Shown here: positions 28,250-37,228 of the stretch, in pieces
Position numbering within the stretch: position 1 is the stretch's first letter
Layout: the number at the start of each line of letters is the position of its first letter
From: Bryobacterales bacterium
GTDB lineage: Bacteria > Acidobacteriota > Terriglobia > Bryobacterales > UBA6623
Length of the DNA: 64,000 bases
Assembly (NCBI GenBank): GCA_965206025.1
Contig: CBDBIU010000004.1
Coordinates: 583,342 to 647,341, forward strand
Direction of reading: 5' to 3'
The notes under the pieces: generated by a model
Told to the model about the DNA's origin: nothing
The model's database searches: none
Seen by the model: the letters and a program-made list of their open reading frames with translations, nothing else
Program-made: the position numbers and the translations under genes

Positions 28250-28845
28250 GAGAAAAAAATTGAGAGCGCCCTTCGCAGAACAAACCTCTCCGCGAGTGTG
28301 ACGCTCTAAAGTGTGACCTCATGAGGCGTTGCGCTCTCCACGTACACCGCGAACGGAAGGCCGTTTCGGTCGGCTACCGCCATGATCTTGGACCCTTTCC
28401 CGCGCTTGGTCTTGCCAACCCGTGCGCCTCCGTGCTTGGCTGGTGCAAAGCTGCCGTCGATGAAGGCTTCTTGGAGGTCAAGGTAGCCTTCATCGTGCGG
28501 GGCTTCCGCGAGGACCTCGAGTACGCTTTTCAGAATGCCGTCGCGTACCCACTGCTGAAACCGCCGATGGCAAGTCTGATACGACGGGTAGCGTTTGGGC
28601 AGCCCAAGAAGCGCCTGTCCGTAGCACCCACAAAATGCTATTGAGAACGGCGCGCCTGTCTTTCGGGTCGCCCTCGACCATCTTCGCGGCAGGTCGGTAC
28701 GGGAATGAAGGGCTCGAGGATATTCCATTGCTCGTCGGTGAGGTCGCGGGGGCAACGAGGAGGCGTTATGTTCACAGAGACAAGATACAACTCTCTGCAT
28801 GCTGAGTCCGGCGCCAGCCGGCGAAATCAGGCCAAGTGGCTTTGT
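28250..28845 (-). mobile_element. IS5-family insertion sequence remnant (transposase N-terminal half only, multiply frameshifted)
   Basis: The minus-strand translation needs three frames: [14 protein letters not shown], then [19 protein letters not shown], then [32 protein letters not shown]...[52 protein letters not shown], an in-frame stop, then TLAERFV. The DDE C-terminal half is absent. Ends are approximate. Confidence 0.7.
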
Positions 28846-29460
28846 TGGAGGACGTTACGAGACAACAACCATTGATTGCTAGTGGGGCCGCGATTTCACA
28901 TTTTGTTCGATAGAGACGGATCTGATACCCTGCTGGAGTTCGGTCAACGCCGCTCGCGCTCAAGTGAACGCGGCTCCCAGCGTCCGGTGGGAGAAAGAGT
29001 CTTATGAAACTGTCGTACTTTATGATGCCGTTGCACGGCCTGGAAAAGGATTACCACCAGCAGTTACTAGAAGACATCGAGGCGATCATCTACGCCGACG
29101 AGCTGGGGTACGCCGAGGCATGGGTCGGCGAGCATTACTCGTCCGGCGCCGAGCCGGTTACTTCGCCGCTGATATTTCTGGCGAACCTGATCCCGCGTAC
29201 GAAGCAGATCAAATTCGCCACCGGCATGATCTGCATGCCGCAGTATCACCCGGCCACGATCGCCGGCCAGGCCGCGATGTTCGACCACCTCTGCAACGGT
29301 CGTTTCATTCTCGGCGTTGGGCCCGGAGGTCTGCCGCCGGATTTCGAACTCTTCGGGACCATGGACGCCGATCGCAACGAAATGTTCGTCGAGTCGATCG
29401 ATACGGTATTGCGGTACTGGACTACCGACCCGCCGTACAACTTTGAGGGCAAATACTGGA

Positions 29461-30488
29461 ATCGGGGTATGCACTTCACTCCCGGCTACCCCATATCTTG
29501 TGGTCGGCTGATCCGCCTGCCGCGTACGTGTTGGACCATCTCTGAATAGGTAGTGGGGCCAACGGCCGCGGCTTGTTGGACAAGCCGGTAGAAGAGCTTT
29601 CCCCGGTGCCGAGAGCGTCGTCGATTGAAGCGAAACGTGTACTCATCCAGGTAATAGTCCAGGTGCTCACGGCTTACCGCGCCTTGGTGCGTGCCGATCA
29701 ACCAGCGCTTCAACAGGGCAGCCACACGGTGAACACGAGGCAACAGCTCAGAGGCTGATTGGCTGGAAGTTGCCAGAAAGTCGTATTCGTGCCGATAGCC
29801 AAGCGCCTCCAGACCGACGTAACCTTCCCAGCCGTCGGTGTGGATGGTGCTGTCGGGTTCAACAGCCTCTTGGATGAAGCCGTGTAGCTGGTGCTTGGAA
29901 GCTCGACGGATGCGCCTCATGCGGATCCTTCCTAGCCCCGCACCGTCTTCTTCAGCGGCGATGGCTACCAGTGCCTTTTTCTGCGTCTGCCGTCCGTGCA
30001 GTCCCTCTTCTTCGCCCCCAACATAGGTCTCGTCGACCTCTACGCGGCCGCTGAGCCGTTCGCGGCCAGGCCGCACCATCGCGCGCCGCAGCTTGTGCAG
30101 CAACGCCCAGGCGGTGCGGTAGCTTCCCAGACCCAAAATGCTTTGCAGTCCCAGAGCACTCGCCCCGTTTTTCTGGCTCGTCACCCACCACATCGCCCGA
30201 TACCAGGTGCGCAGCGGCAGACGCGTGTCCTGGAAAATCGTGCCTGCCGTCACCGAAGCCTGATAATCGCACTGTCCGCAGCGCAGCAGGCCCCGCCGAC
30301 TGCGGCGAGTTCGCTGCCCTTCACAGCGGGGACACCTAAAACCCTGCGGCCAGCGCAGTTGCATCAGATACTCGCGACACGCCTGCTCAGTGCCAAAACG
30401 CCCCTCAAACTCCTCCAGCGTACGCGGGTAGTCCTCCATGAGCCCGCATACTATATGTTGGGGCTTCGGGAGTCAAGTGCATACCCCG
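29461..30488 (-). mobile_element. IS1595-family insertion sequence (1028 bp) inside the LLM gene
   Basis: Inverted-repeat core CGGGGTATGCACTT(C/G)ACTCCCG at both ends. The 8-bp direct repeat ATACTGGA lies at 29453-29460 and 30489-30496. Confidence 0.88.
29486..30439 (-). CDS. IS1595 family (ISXO2-like) transposase
   Basis: 317 aa. N-terminal zinc ribbon (WPQGFRCPRCEGQ...LRCGQCDYQASVTAGTIF) and DDE domain (VEVDETYVGG...IHTDGWEGY...YLDEYTFRFNRR). Confidence 0.9.
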   Translation of the reverse strand: MEDYPRTLEEFEGRFGTEQACREYLMQLRWPQGFRCPRCEGQRTRRSRRGLLRCGQCDYQASVTAGTIFQDTRLPLRTWYRAMWWVTSQKNGASALGLQSILGLGSYRTAWALLHKLRRAMVRPGRERLSGRVEVDETYVGGEEEGLHGRQTQKKALVAIAAEEDGAGLGRIRMRRIRRASKHQLHGFIQEAVEPDSTIHTDGWEGYVGLEALGYRHEYDFLATSSQSASELLPRVHRVAALLKRWLIGTHQGAVSREHLDYYLDEYTFRFNRRRSRHRGKLFYRLVQQAAAVGPTTYSEMVQHVRGRRISRPQDMG

Positions 30489-31251
30489 ATACTGGAAATC
30501 GAAAATCGAGAAATGGACCGTGCCGGAGATGAAGCTCGGCTACATGGCCAAGCCGCTGCAGCGGCCTCACCCGCCGATTGCGGTTTCCGCTCTGAGTCCG
30601 TATTCCAGCTCGATCAAGCTGGCCGGGAAGCGTGGCTGGCAACCGGTGTCGGCGAATTTCATCGGTGCCTGGTCGGTCAAGACTCACTGGGAAGTCTACG
30701 AGGCCGCGGCGAAGGAACAGGGCCACAAGGCCCACCGGGAAATGTGGCGGGTCGCGCGTAGTATTCATGTGGGGGAAAGCGACCAGGAAGCCGAGGACTT
30801 CGTCAAGACCCCGAACGGAGCCTTTGACTTCTACTATCGGTACCTCTTCTCAATATTCGACCGTGCCGAGATGAAGGGGGCTTTCGTGATTAACATGGGA
30901 GACAGCCCCGACGACCTGACTGCCGAGGACCTACGAGACAATTTCGTGATTCACGGCAATGCACGCACGGTCACGGAGAAAATCCTGGCCCTGCGCGAGG
31001 AGATTGGCCACTTCGGCAATCTGCTTATGACGGCACACGATTGGGTGGATAAGGACAAGATGAAAGCGTCGATGACACGGATGGCCCGCGAAGTCATGCC
31101 GGCGGTCAACTATGCCATCAGCGGCGAATCCGAGCCGGAATAGTTCATCCCGACGAAGATGTGCCACGGCCTATATCGCCGAATTTTGCCCCCTAGCGTC
31201 TCAAGAAAAAGGACTTCTCATGTTCAAGCGACTCGTCTAGGATGGAAGGAG

Positions 31252-32706
31252 ATGTGGAACTGGCTGGTCATTCTGCTGGTTTCTGTTTGGTGTTCGGCGG
31301 CGTCCGCACAGAGCAACGAGCTCGAGGCGGTCATGCAAGCGCTGCGATCCAAGCAGTATGAGCAAGCCTTGCATCTACTAAGGCCGCTCGTCGAATCCGG
31401 TTCCGGCGATCCGCGCGTATGGACTCTCCAGGGCATGGCGCTTGCTGCCGCGGGGCAGCGCAAACAGAGCTTAGCTTCCTACCGCAAAGCCCTTGAGCAG
31501 CAGCCCGACTATCTGCCGGCCCTCCAAGGAGCCGCGGAGATCGAATACCGCGACCGAGATTCCCAGGCCAGAGCGAGGCTAGAGAAGATCCTTGCGATAC
31601 AACCTGACAACGCGACAGCACACGCCATGATGGCCGTTGTCGCGTTCGAGCAAGAGGATTGCGCCGCGGCGGTGGACCATTTCGCGCGGGGCGGGGCTGC
31701 GACACGCCGCAACCCAGTGGCGCTGGGCCAGTATGGTCGGTGCCTTTTTCTGGTGGGACGTTCTGGCGATGCCGCCGAAGTATTTCGGCAACTAATGGCC
31801 GCTCAGCCTGAGAACGATACCGCCCGACATAACCTGGGACTAAGTCTGTATGAGTCCGGCCGCTACGCGGAAGCAATCGAAGTCTTACGGCCGCTGGCCG
31901 ATCGCGCCAAGCCGGACTCCGATGTACTAAGCCTGATGGCGGATGTGCACGAAGCCAACCAGGAAACTCCAAATGCTCTTTCCACGCTGCAAAAAGCTGT
32001 CGAATTGTACCCCCGTGAAGAGCGTCATTACACCACGCTGGCCGAGCTCTGCTCAGAGCACGGCGCCTACGATCTGGGACTTGAAATCCTCTCGGTGGGA
32101 ACCAAGAACATACCCGGGTCTTCGCGGATCCCCACCATGCAAGGGGTGATCCACGCACAACTCGGCCGCTACGAAGAGGCGGAGGCTGCGTTCCAGCGAG
32201 CTGCTCAACTGAGCCCCGACCAAGAGCCGGCTACGCTTGGCCTCACGGTCGCCATGCAGCAGACCGGGCGGCTCGCCGAATCCATCGATCTCCTCCGAAA
32301 GAGAGCCACAACAAATCCGAACGACGCCGCTACCCGGTTGATGCTCGGTCAGGCCCTGGTCAAGAACGGCGCCGAGCCGGGACAAGAGGAGTTCGACGAG
32401 GCTCGGGCCGCGTTGCGACGGTCCGTCGAGCTGAAGCCGGATGTGGCGGTGGCGCGAGTCGATCTGGGCAAACTGTACCTGAAATCCGGAGATCTCGATC
32501 AGGCAATTGCCCAGTTCGAGCAGGCGTTGACTCTCGATCCCTCGCAACGGACGGCCACGTATCAGCTCATGTTCGCCCTGCGGAAAGCCGGACGGCCCCA
32601 AGAGGCGGCTGCACTGGCGCGAAAAGTGCGGGCCCAGTTGCAGCGAGAGAAAGCGGAAGAAGTCGAGAGGAATCGATACCAGCTTGTGAAGGTCGGGGCG
32701 AAGTGA
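31252..32706 (+). CDS. Secreted tetratricopeptide (TPR) repeat protein
   Basis: Signal-like N-terminus MWNWLVILLVSVWCSAASAQ after a GGAAGGAG ribosome-binding site. It is followed by ~12 TPR-like 34-aa units (A-x-x-x-Y-x-x-A-L-x-x-x-P-D/N pattern throughout). Confidence 0.8.
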   Translation: MWNWLVILLVSVWCSAASAQSNELEAVMQALRSKQYEQALHLLRPLVESGSGDPRVWTLQGMALAAAGQRKQSLASYRKALEQQPDYLPALQGAAEIEYRDRDSQARARLEKILAIQPDNATAHAMMAVVAFEQEDCAAAVDHFARGGAATRRNPVALGQYGRCLFLVGRSGDAAEVFRQLMAAQPENDTARHNLGLSLYESGRYAEAIEVLRPLADRAKPDSDVLSLMADVHEANQETPNALSTLQKAVELYPREERHYTTLAELCSEHGAYDLGLEILSVGTKNIPGSSRIPTMQGVIHAQLGRYEEAEAAFQRAAQLSPDQEPATLGLTVAMQQTGRLAESIDLLRKRATTNPNDAATRLMLGQALVKNGAEPGQEEFDEARAALRRSVELKPDVAVARVDLGKLYLKSGDLDQAIAQFEQALTLDPSQRTATYQLMFALRKAGRPQEAAALARKVRAQLQREKAEEVERNRYQLVKVGAK

Positions 32707-32777
32707 TCCGCTGAGAACTGACCCGAAGCATTCGCGCGAGTCATCCGGCGGCCGACAGCCCCGATCCGAATCTGGGT

Positions 32778-32977
32778 CTAGCCCGCATTTCTCACCACGT
32801 GGCGGGGCGAAGTGAGTGAGAGGCCCGTCAGTACAAGGCGCGCGCCGCTCGGCGACGCATTTCTTGAATGATGCGGGCGTACTTGAACAGTACGTTGAGC
32901 ACGGCGAGCAAGCGCAACGCAGTAATGGCGGGCCTCTCACTCACTTCGACCCGTCAGGTGGCGAGAAATGCGGGCTG
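32778..32977 (-). mobile_element. ~200-bp MITE-like element, copy C (inverted relative to copy A)
   Basis: Termini CTAG|CCCGCATTTCTCACCAC ... GGTGGCGAGAAATGCGGG|CTGG. The arms are complementary over ~45 nt, including a perfect GAAGTGAGTGAGAGGCCC / GGGCCTCTCACTCACTTC pair. It ends 21 nt before the ATG at 32998. Confidence 0.7.
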
Positions 32978-32997
32978 GATCTTTCGGAGGGAATCCC

Positions 32998-34644
32998 ATG
33001 CCAACGGACAAAACCAAGCCGGACCGCCGAAGTTTTTTGAAGGCCGCTGTGGGCGGACCGGGGCTAGCGCTGAGTTTGAACTTGCCGACGGCCCTGGTTG
33101 CCCCGGCTGCGGTCCCTAGCCCCGGCGCGGTCTCGCTTTCAAAAGCTCACATTGCCGCCGTGGAGAGGAAGCGACGAATCGTCATGAATTACGACGCGCT
33201 CGCCTCGCTGCTCCAATACCAAAAACATGGCGGCAAGCAGGACCTTGACAGCTTCAAGCGGCACATGTTGGGCATTCTCGACTACGAGGACAACCAAATC
33301 GACAGCGTGGGATGGTGCTGGAGCGAAGGCAATGAGGCGCCCTACCCCAGCGAAATCCTGCCCACGTTGCTCGACCACCCTGTTTTCAAAGTCGTGCCGG
33401 AGGGCATCGATCTGCTGCGGATGGGCTGCGAGGAATCCCATCGGCGGGGGATTGAGGCGTTCTTCTCCCTGCGCATCAACGGTGGGGACCACGACCGTTC
33501 GTACCTGGAGCGAAGGATTCCCAAACTGCCCAAGAAATGGAACAACAAGGACTGGCTGATCAACTGGAATCCGGACCCCAAGGGGCCGCCCGAGTACATG
33601 TCTCCCTTCCACAAGTCGGCCTTTTGGAACTTCGCCGCCAAGGGCTTACGGGACCACAAGGTCAGCGTCCTGCGGGAAGTGGCGGAGAATTACGACTTCG
33701 ACGGCATTGAAGTCGACTTCGCGCGAAACAGTCCGGTGCTGCAGCCCGATCAGCAATGGCGGGATCGGGACAAGCTGACTGATTTCATGCGCTCCCTACG
33801 ATTGGTGTTGCTCGAGGTGGAGCGGAAGCGTGGGCGGCCGTTTTTGCTTTCTGCCCGGGTGCCGGAGACCGTTGTCGGGTGTCATTTTGACGGCATTGAC
33901 GTTGAGGCCTGGGTTCGCGATCAGTTGGTGGACATCCTTAACGTCGGCTGTCGGTCGATGGAGGTAGATATTCCCGCCTTCCGTCGACTTACGGCCGGCA
34001 CAGCGGTCAAGTTCTACCCGAGCAACGATTTCGTCCATGTGACCGACGGTTACAAGCCGATCCCACTCAAAGTGGGGCGTGGCATCTACGCTAACTGGTG
34101 GCGTCAAGCGCCGGACGGCGTCTACACCTTCAACTTCCATTACCACGATCAAGATTGGCGCCTATACCGCGAGATCGGCAGCCCCGAAACACTCAAGCAC
34201 AAAGACAAGACGTTCGTCATTCAACGCCGTGGCGGAGGACATGCGCCGCTGTTGACACCCTATCCCGATGACTGGAGCACGCCCCGATTCGCCTATGCGA
34301 ATACCAACATGCTTGGACAGTTGCCGGCGACCCTCGATGAAGCGGCCAAGGCCGATAACCTGCTTTTTCTCGATATGGCCGACGACGTAAATGCCGCCGG
34401 CGATCGGCTGAAGAGCGTCAAATTGCGGATTCTCCTGTCGAAAGCCGCCTCCATCGAAGTGCGTCTCAACGGGACGCTCCTTCCCGCGCCGGGCGTCAGT
34501 GGACTTTGGTCTGAGTTCGTAACCAGCCCCAAGCTGTTTGCCGTCGGCAGCAACCTGATCAGCGTTCGTTTCTCCAAGCCGCGGTCCGACGCCGACGGCG
34601 ATGTCACCATCGAGAAGCTCGAAGTGGATGTGGCCTACCGGTAG
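32998..34644 (+). CDS. Tat-signal secreted protein, putative glycoside-hydrolase-like TIM-barrel (GHL10-like); function uncertain
   Basis: Twin-arginine signal MPTDKTKPDRRSFLKAAVGGPGLAL. Internal motifs (IEAFFSLRINGGDHD, YDFDGIEVDFARN) are reminiscent of GHL10/family-10-like hydrolases. The family call is weak. Confidence 0.6.
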   Translation: MPTDKTKPDRRSFLKAAVGGPGLALSLNLPTALVAPAAVPSPGAVSLSKAHIAAVERKRRIVMNYDALASLLQYQKHGGKQDLDSFKRHMLGILDYEDNQIDSVGWCWSEGNEAPYPSEILPTLLDHPVFKVVPEGIDLLRMGCEESHRRGIEAFFSLRINGGDHDRSYLERRIPKLPKKWNNKDWLINWNPDPKGPPEYMSPFHKSAFWNFAAKGLRDHKVSVLREVAENYDFDGIEVDFARNSPVLQPDQQWRDRDKLTDFMRSLRLVLLEVERKRGRPFLLSARVPETVVGCHFDGIDVEAWVRDQLVDILNVGCRSMEVDIPAFRRLTAGTAVKFYPSNDFVHVTDGYKPIPLKVGRGIYANWWRQAPDGVYTFNFHYHDQDWRLYREIGSPETLKHKDKTFVIQRRGGGHAPLLTPYPDDWSTPRFAYANTNMLGQLPATLDEAAKADNLLFLDMADDVNAAGDRLKSVKLRILLSKAASIEVRLNGTLLPAPGVSGLWSEFVTSPKLFAVGSNLISVRFSKPRSDADGDVTIEKLEVDVAYR

Positions 34645-34818
34645 AATTGGGGCTGTCGGGTGGTGAGCAAAGCGGTCTCGCACTCTGCCTTGCTCCCACT
34701 ATCGATTGTCGCTACAATGTTCCGGGGATTCGACCGTGTCGCAGTCCGATTTCACCATTGACGGCCAGTCCTTCGCACACGGCAACAGCGAAATGTTCGC
34801 TAACAAGGGGAAAGTCTG

Positions 34819-35798
34819 ATGGATCGAGAGAGAGCTCGCAGCCGCCTGTCCGGCTGCTACGTGACCGTGCCGACGATGTTTCGCGACGATGATCTGGAGG
34901 TGGATCTCGAAGCCACCCGGCAGCACGTGCGGTTTTTGATCGACGGAGGCGTCAACGAAAGTAACGCCGTAATCTTGGCTGTCGGCGCGGCGGGCGATTT
35001 CCCCACGATGAGCGTCGAGGAGCGCTTGGGCGTGGCCGAAGCGATTATCCAGGAGGCCAACGGTAGGATTCCCGTCGTGATGGGCGTCCAGACAACGAAT
35101 ACCCGTGAACTCGTCGAACTGATACGCTCCGCCAAGACACTTGGTGCCGAGTATGTCCAGGTTTCACCGCCGTACTATTACATGCACACCGCGGAGGACT
35201 TTCTCGAATATGCGATCGCCGCCGCGGAGGCCGCGGATATAGGAGTTGTCGTTTACAACACCTTCTGGACAAGCCACAACGTTTCGTTGAACGTCGTCGA
35301 GCGCCTTTGCGAGTTGCCCAACGTGGTGGGCCTCAAATGGGCTGTTCCCACGGCGCTTTTCATGGAATCCGAACAGGTTGTGTCACGTTTCGCCGAGCGG
35401 CTGTGCATTATCGACAACCAACTGCGGTTTGTCACCAGCACATCCTGGGTGCGCGGGGCATCGAAGTACACACCTGCAATTACTGGCCGCAGTGGGGCGT
35501 GCGGCTGTGGGAGCTGCTCGAGAACCGGCGCTACATCGAGGCGCAGAAAGAACTTGTGCATGTGGCGATGCCCTTCTACTCACTGTGGAAGGAGATGTTT
35601 CAGTACACCGGCGGCGATGGGTACCTCGACAAGCTGTGCATGGAATTGGTCGGTTTGCCCTCCAGCCGGTGCCGCCCGCCCACGCGGGACGTGCGGGATG
35701 AATTTCGTGAAAGGGCGCGCCAGATGCTCATCGAGAGTGGAGTACCGGGAGTTGTCGGCAGCCCGACTCCGGAGGAGACCGCGCGGCAAGCTTCCTGA
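34819..35798 (+). pseudogene. Dihydrodipicolinate synthase / N-acetylneuraminate lyase family gene with a frameshift
   Basis: N-terminal two thirds are in ORF 34819.. (VTVPTMFRDDDLEVDLEATRQHVRFLIDGGV...VMGVQTTNTRELVELIRSAKTLGAEYVQVSPPYYY...VVGLKWAV). The C-terminal third is in the frame of ORF 35307..35798 (HILGARGIEVHTCNYWPQWGVRLWELLENRRYIEAQKEL...). The switch is at ~35400-35445. Confidence 0.7.
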
Positions 35799-35854
35799 AT
35801 ATCACCAACTAACGGCCACTTGAGCGACTCAACCCAAGAGAGAGGCATGCCGCT

Positions 35855-37009
35855 TTGAAAACCGCCGTTTTCCTATCCGCGCTCTTACTAATCTGCGTCC
35901 TGCAAAGTTGCAGCGACGTGGGGACCCCAGGTAACCAGACCCGGGCCCAGCCCCCCCCTCTTTTCGAAAAGCTCACGGTATTCTCGGCCGGCGAGGCCGG
36001 CTACTACTGCTTTCGCATTCCCGCCCTCGCCGTTGCGGCGAAGGGCACCGTTCTCGCTTTCTCGGAAGCGAGGAAACTAACCTGTCACGATGATGCGGAG
36101 ATCGACCTTGTGCTGAAACGGAGTTTCGACCAGGGCGAGACTTGGCGAGACTTGCAAGTGCTTTTCGACTACGGAACCGACTCCGTGAATCAGCCCGCCC
36201 CGGTGCTGGATCGAGAGACCGGCGAGGTCGTGCTCGTCTTTTGCAGGAACAACCAGCGAGTCTTCGTGACGAAGAGCAGCGACGACGGCGTCCGGTGGTC
36301 CGAGCCGGTGGAGATTACCGAGGACGTCGTCGACCCGGCATGGAGCTATATCGGCAGCGGCCCGGGCCACGGAATTCAACTGAGCAGCGGCAGGCTTCTG
36401 ATCCCTAGCTGGGGCGACTTAAGCCCGGGCCCAGCAACCTGGCCGCGGCCGGGTTGGGGCGGAGAGCAGTTTTCTTACGTGATGTACAGCGACGACCACG
36501 GCACCACTTGGAAGCGCGGAAAGTCCCTTGACATGGACTTATCGGACGAGGCCATGGCGGTTGAAACCGCGGACGGTTCCGTCTATATGAACATGCGCAG
36601 CCGCCGGGAAAAGAGAATGCGGGCCTTTGCCTGGAGCGAGGACGGCGGCGTTTCTTGGTCGCCCGTCCAGTTCGATCAAAGCCTGCCCGAGCCCTCGGTT
36701 CAGGGAAGTTTAATTCGTTTCACCGACGAACGGCGGTTCTCGACGAATCGCGTGTTGGTTGCTCACCCATCCAGCCAGACCGAGCGAAAGCAGCTCACCG
36801 TGAGGATGAGCCCCGACGAATGCCAGACATGGCCCGTCTCGAAAGTCGTTCACGAGGGTTCGGCGGCCTATTCTGACTTGGCGGTTACTGACGAGATGAC
36901 CATCCTTTCCCTCTACGAAGCAGACCAATATTCCAGGTTGGCCCTGGCCCGTTTCAACCTGGAATGGTTGACGGACGGAAACGACAGTCTGAAAAAGTTG
37001 AATCGGTAG
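35855..37009 (+). CDS. Exo-alpha-sialidase (GH33, BNR/Asp-box repeats), lipoprotein
   Basis: FRIP motif (YYCFRIPALAV). Four Asp-boxes (SFDQGETW, SSDDGVRWS, SDDHGTTW, SEDGGVSWS). Lipobox-like signal MKTAVFLSALLLICVLQSC. TTG start. Confidence 0.85.
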   Translation: MKTAVFLSALLLICVLQSCSDVGTPGNQTRAQPPPLFEKLTVFSAGEAGYYCFRIPALAVAAKGTVLAFSEARKLTCHDDAEIDLVLKRSFDQGETWRDLQVLFDYGTDSVNQPAPVLDRETGEVVLVFCRNNQRVFVTKSSDDGVRWSEPVEITEDVVDPAWSYIGSGPGHGIQLSSGRLLIPSWGDLSPGPATWPRPGWGGEQFSYVMYSDDHGTTWKRGKSLDMDLSDEAMAVETADGSVYMNMRSRREKRMRAFAWSEDGGVSWSPVQFDQSLPEPSVQGSLIRFTDERRFSTNRVLVAHPSSQTERKQLTVRMSPDECQTWPVSKVVHEGSAAYSDLAVTDEMTILSLYEADQYSRLALARFNLEWLTDGNDSLKKLNR

Positions 37010-37228
37010 TGGGAGTCTTCGACTCCAGCGCCGATCCTTCCGAGTCTCTGGCGGACTATTGTTGGCAACAAAGCCGTAACGGATTTCGTTGCTCCCTCGA
37101 GATCTGCGGTGGGACGCCAGCTGCAATCAGCAGTACTGCGGTTCCGCGTCGGACTCAACTGTGTCGCAGCTCACATCAGCAAGTGCCTTAGCAATCGGCC
37201 CAGCAGTTGCAAGAAAGGAGCTGAGTCC

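Larger units (their letters stand above)
29004..31143 (+). pseudogene. Luciferase-like (LLM class) flavin-dependent monooxygenase gene interrupted by an IS1595 element
   Basis: N-terminal part is 29004-29460 (MKLSYFMMPLHG...AEAWVGEHYSSGAEPVTSPLIFLANL...GRFILGVGPGG...FEGKYW). C-terminal part runs from 30497 to 31143 (...KSKIEKWTVPEMKLGYMAKPLQRPHPPIAVS...HGNARTVTEKILALREEIGHFGNLLMTAHDW). Removing 29461-30496 rejoins the two parts in frame. Confidence 0.85.
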
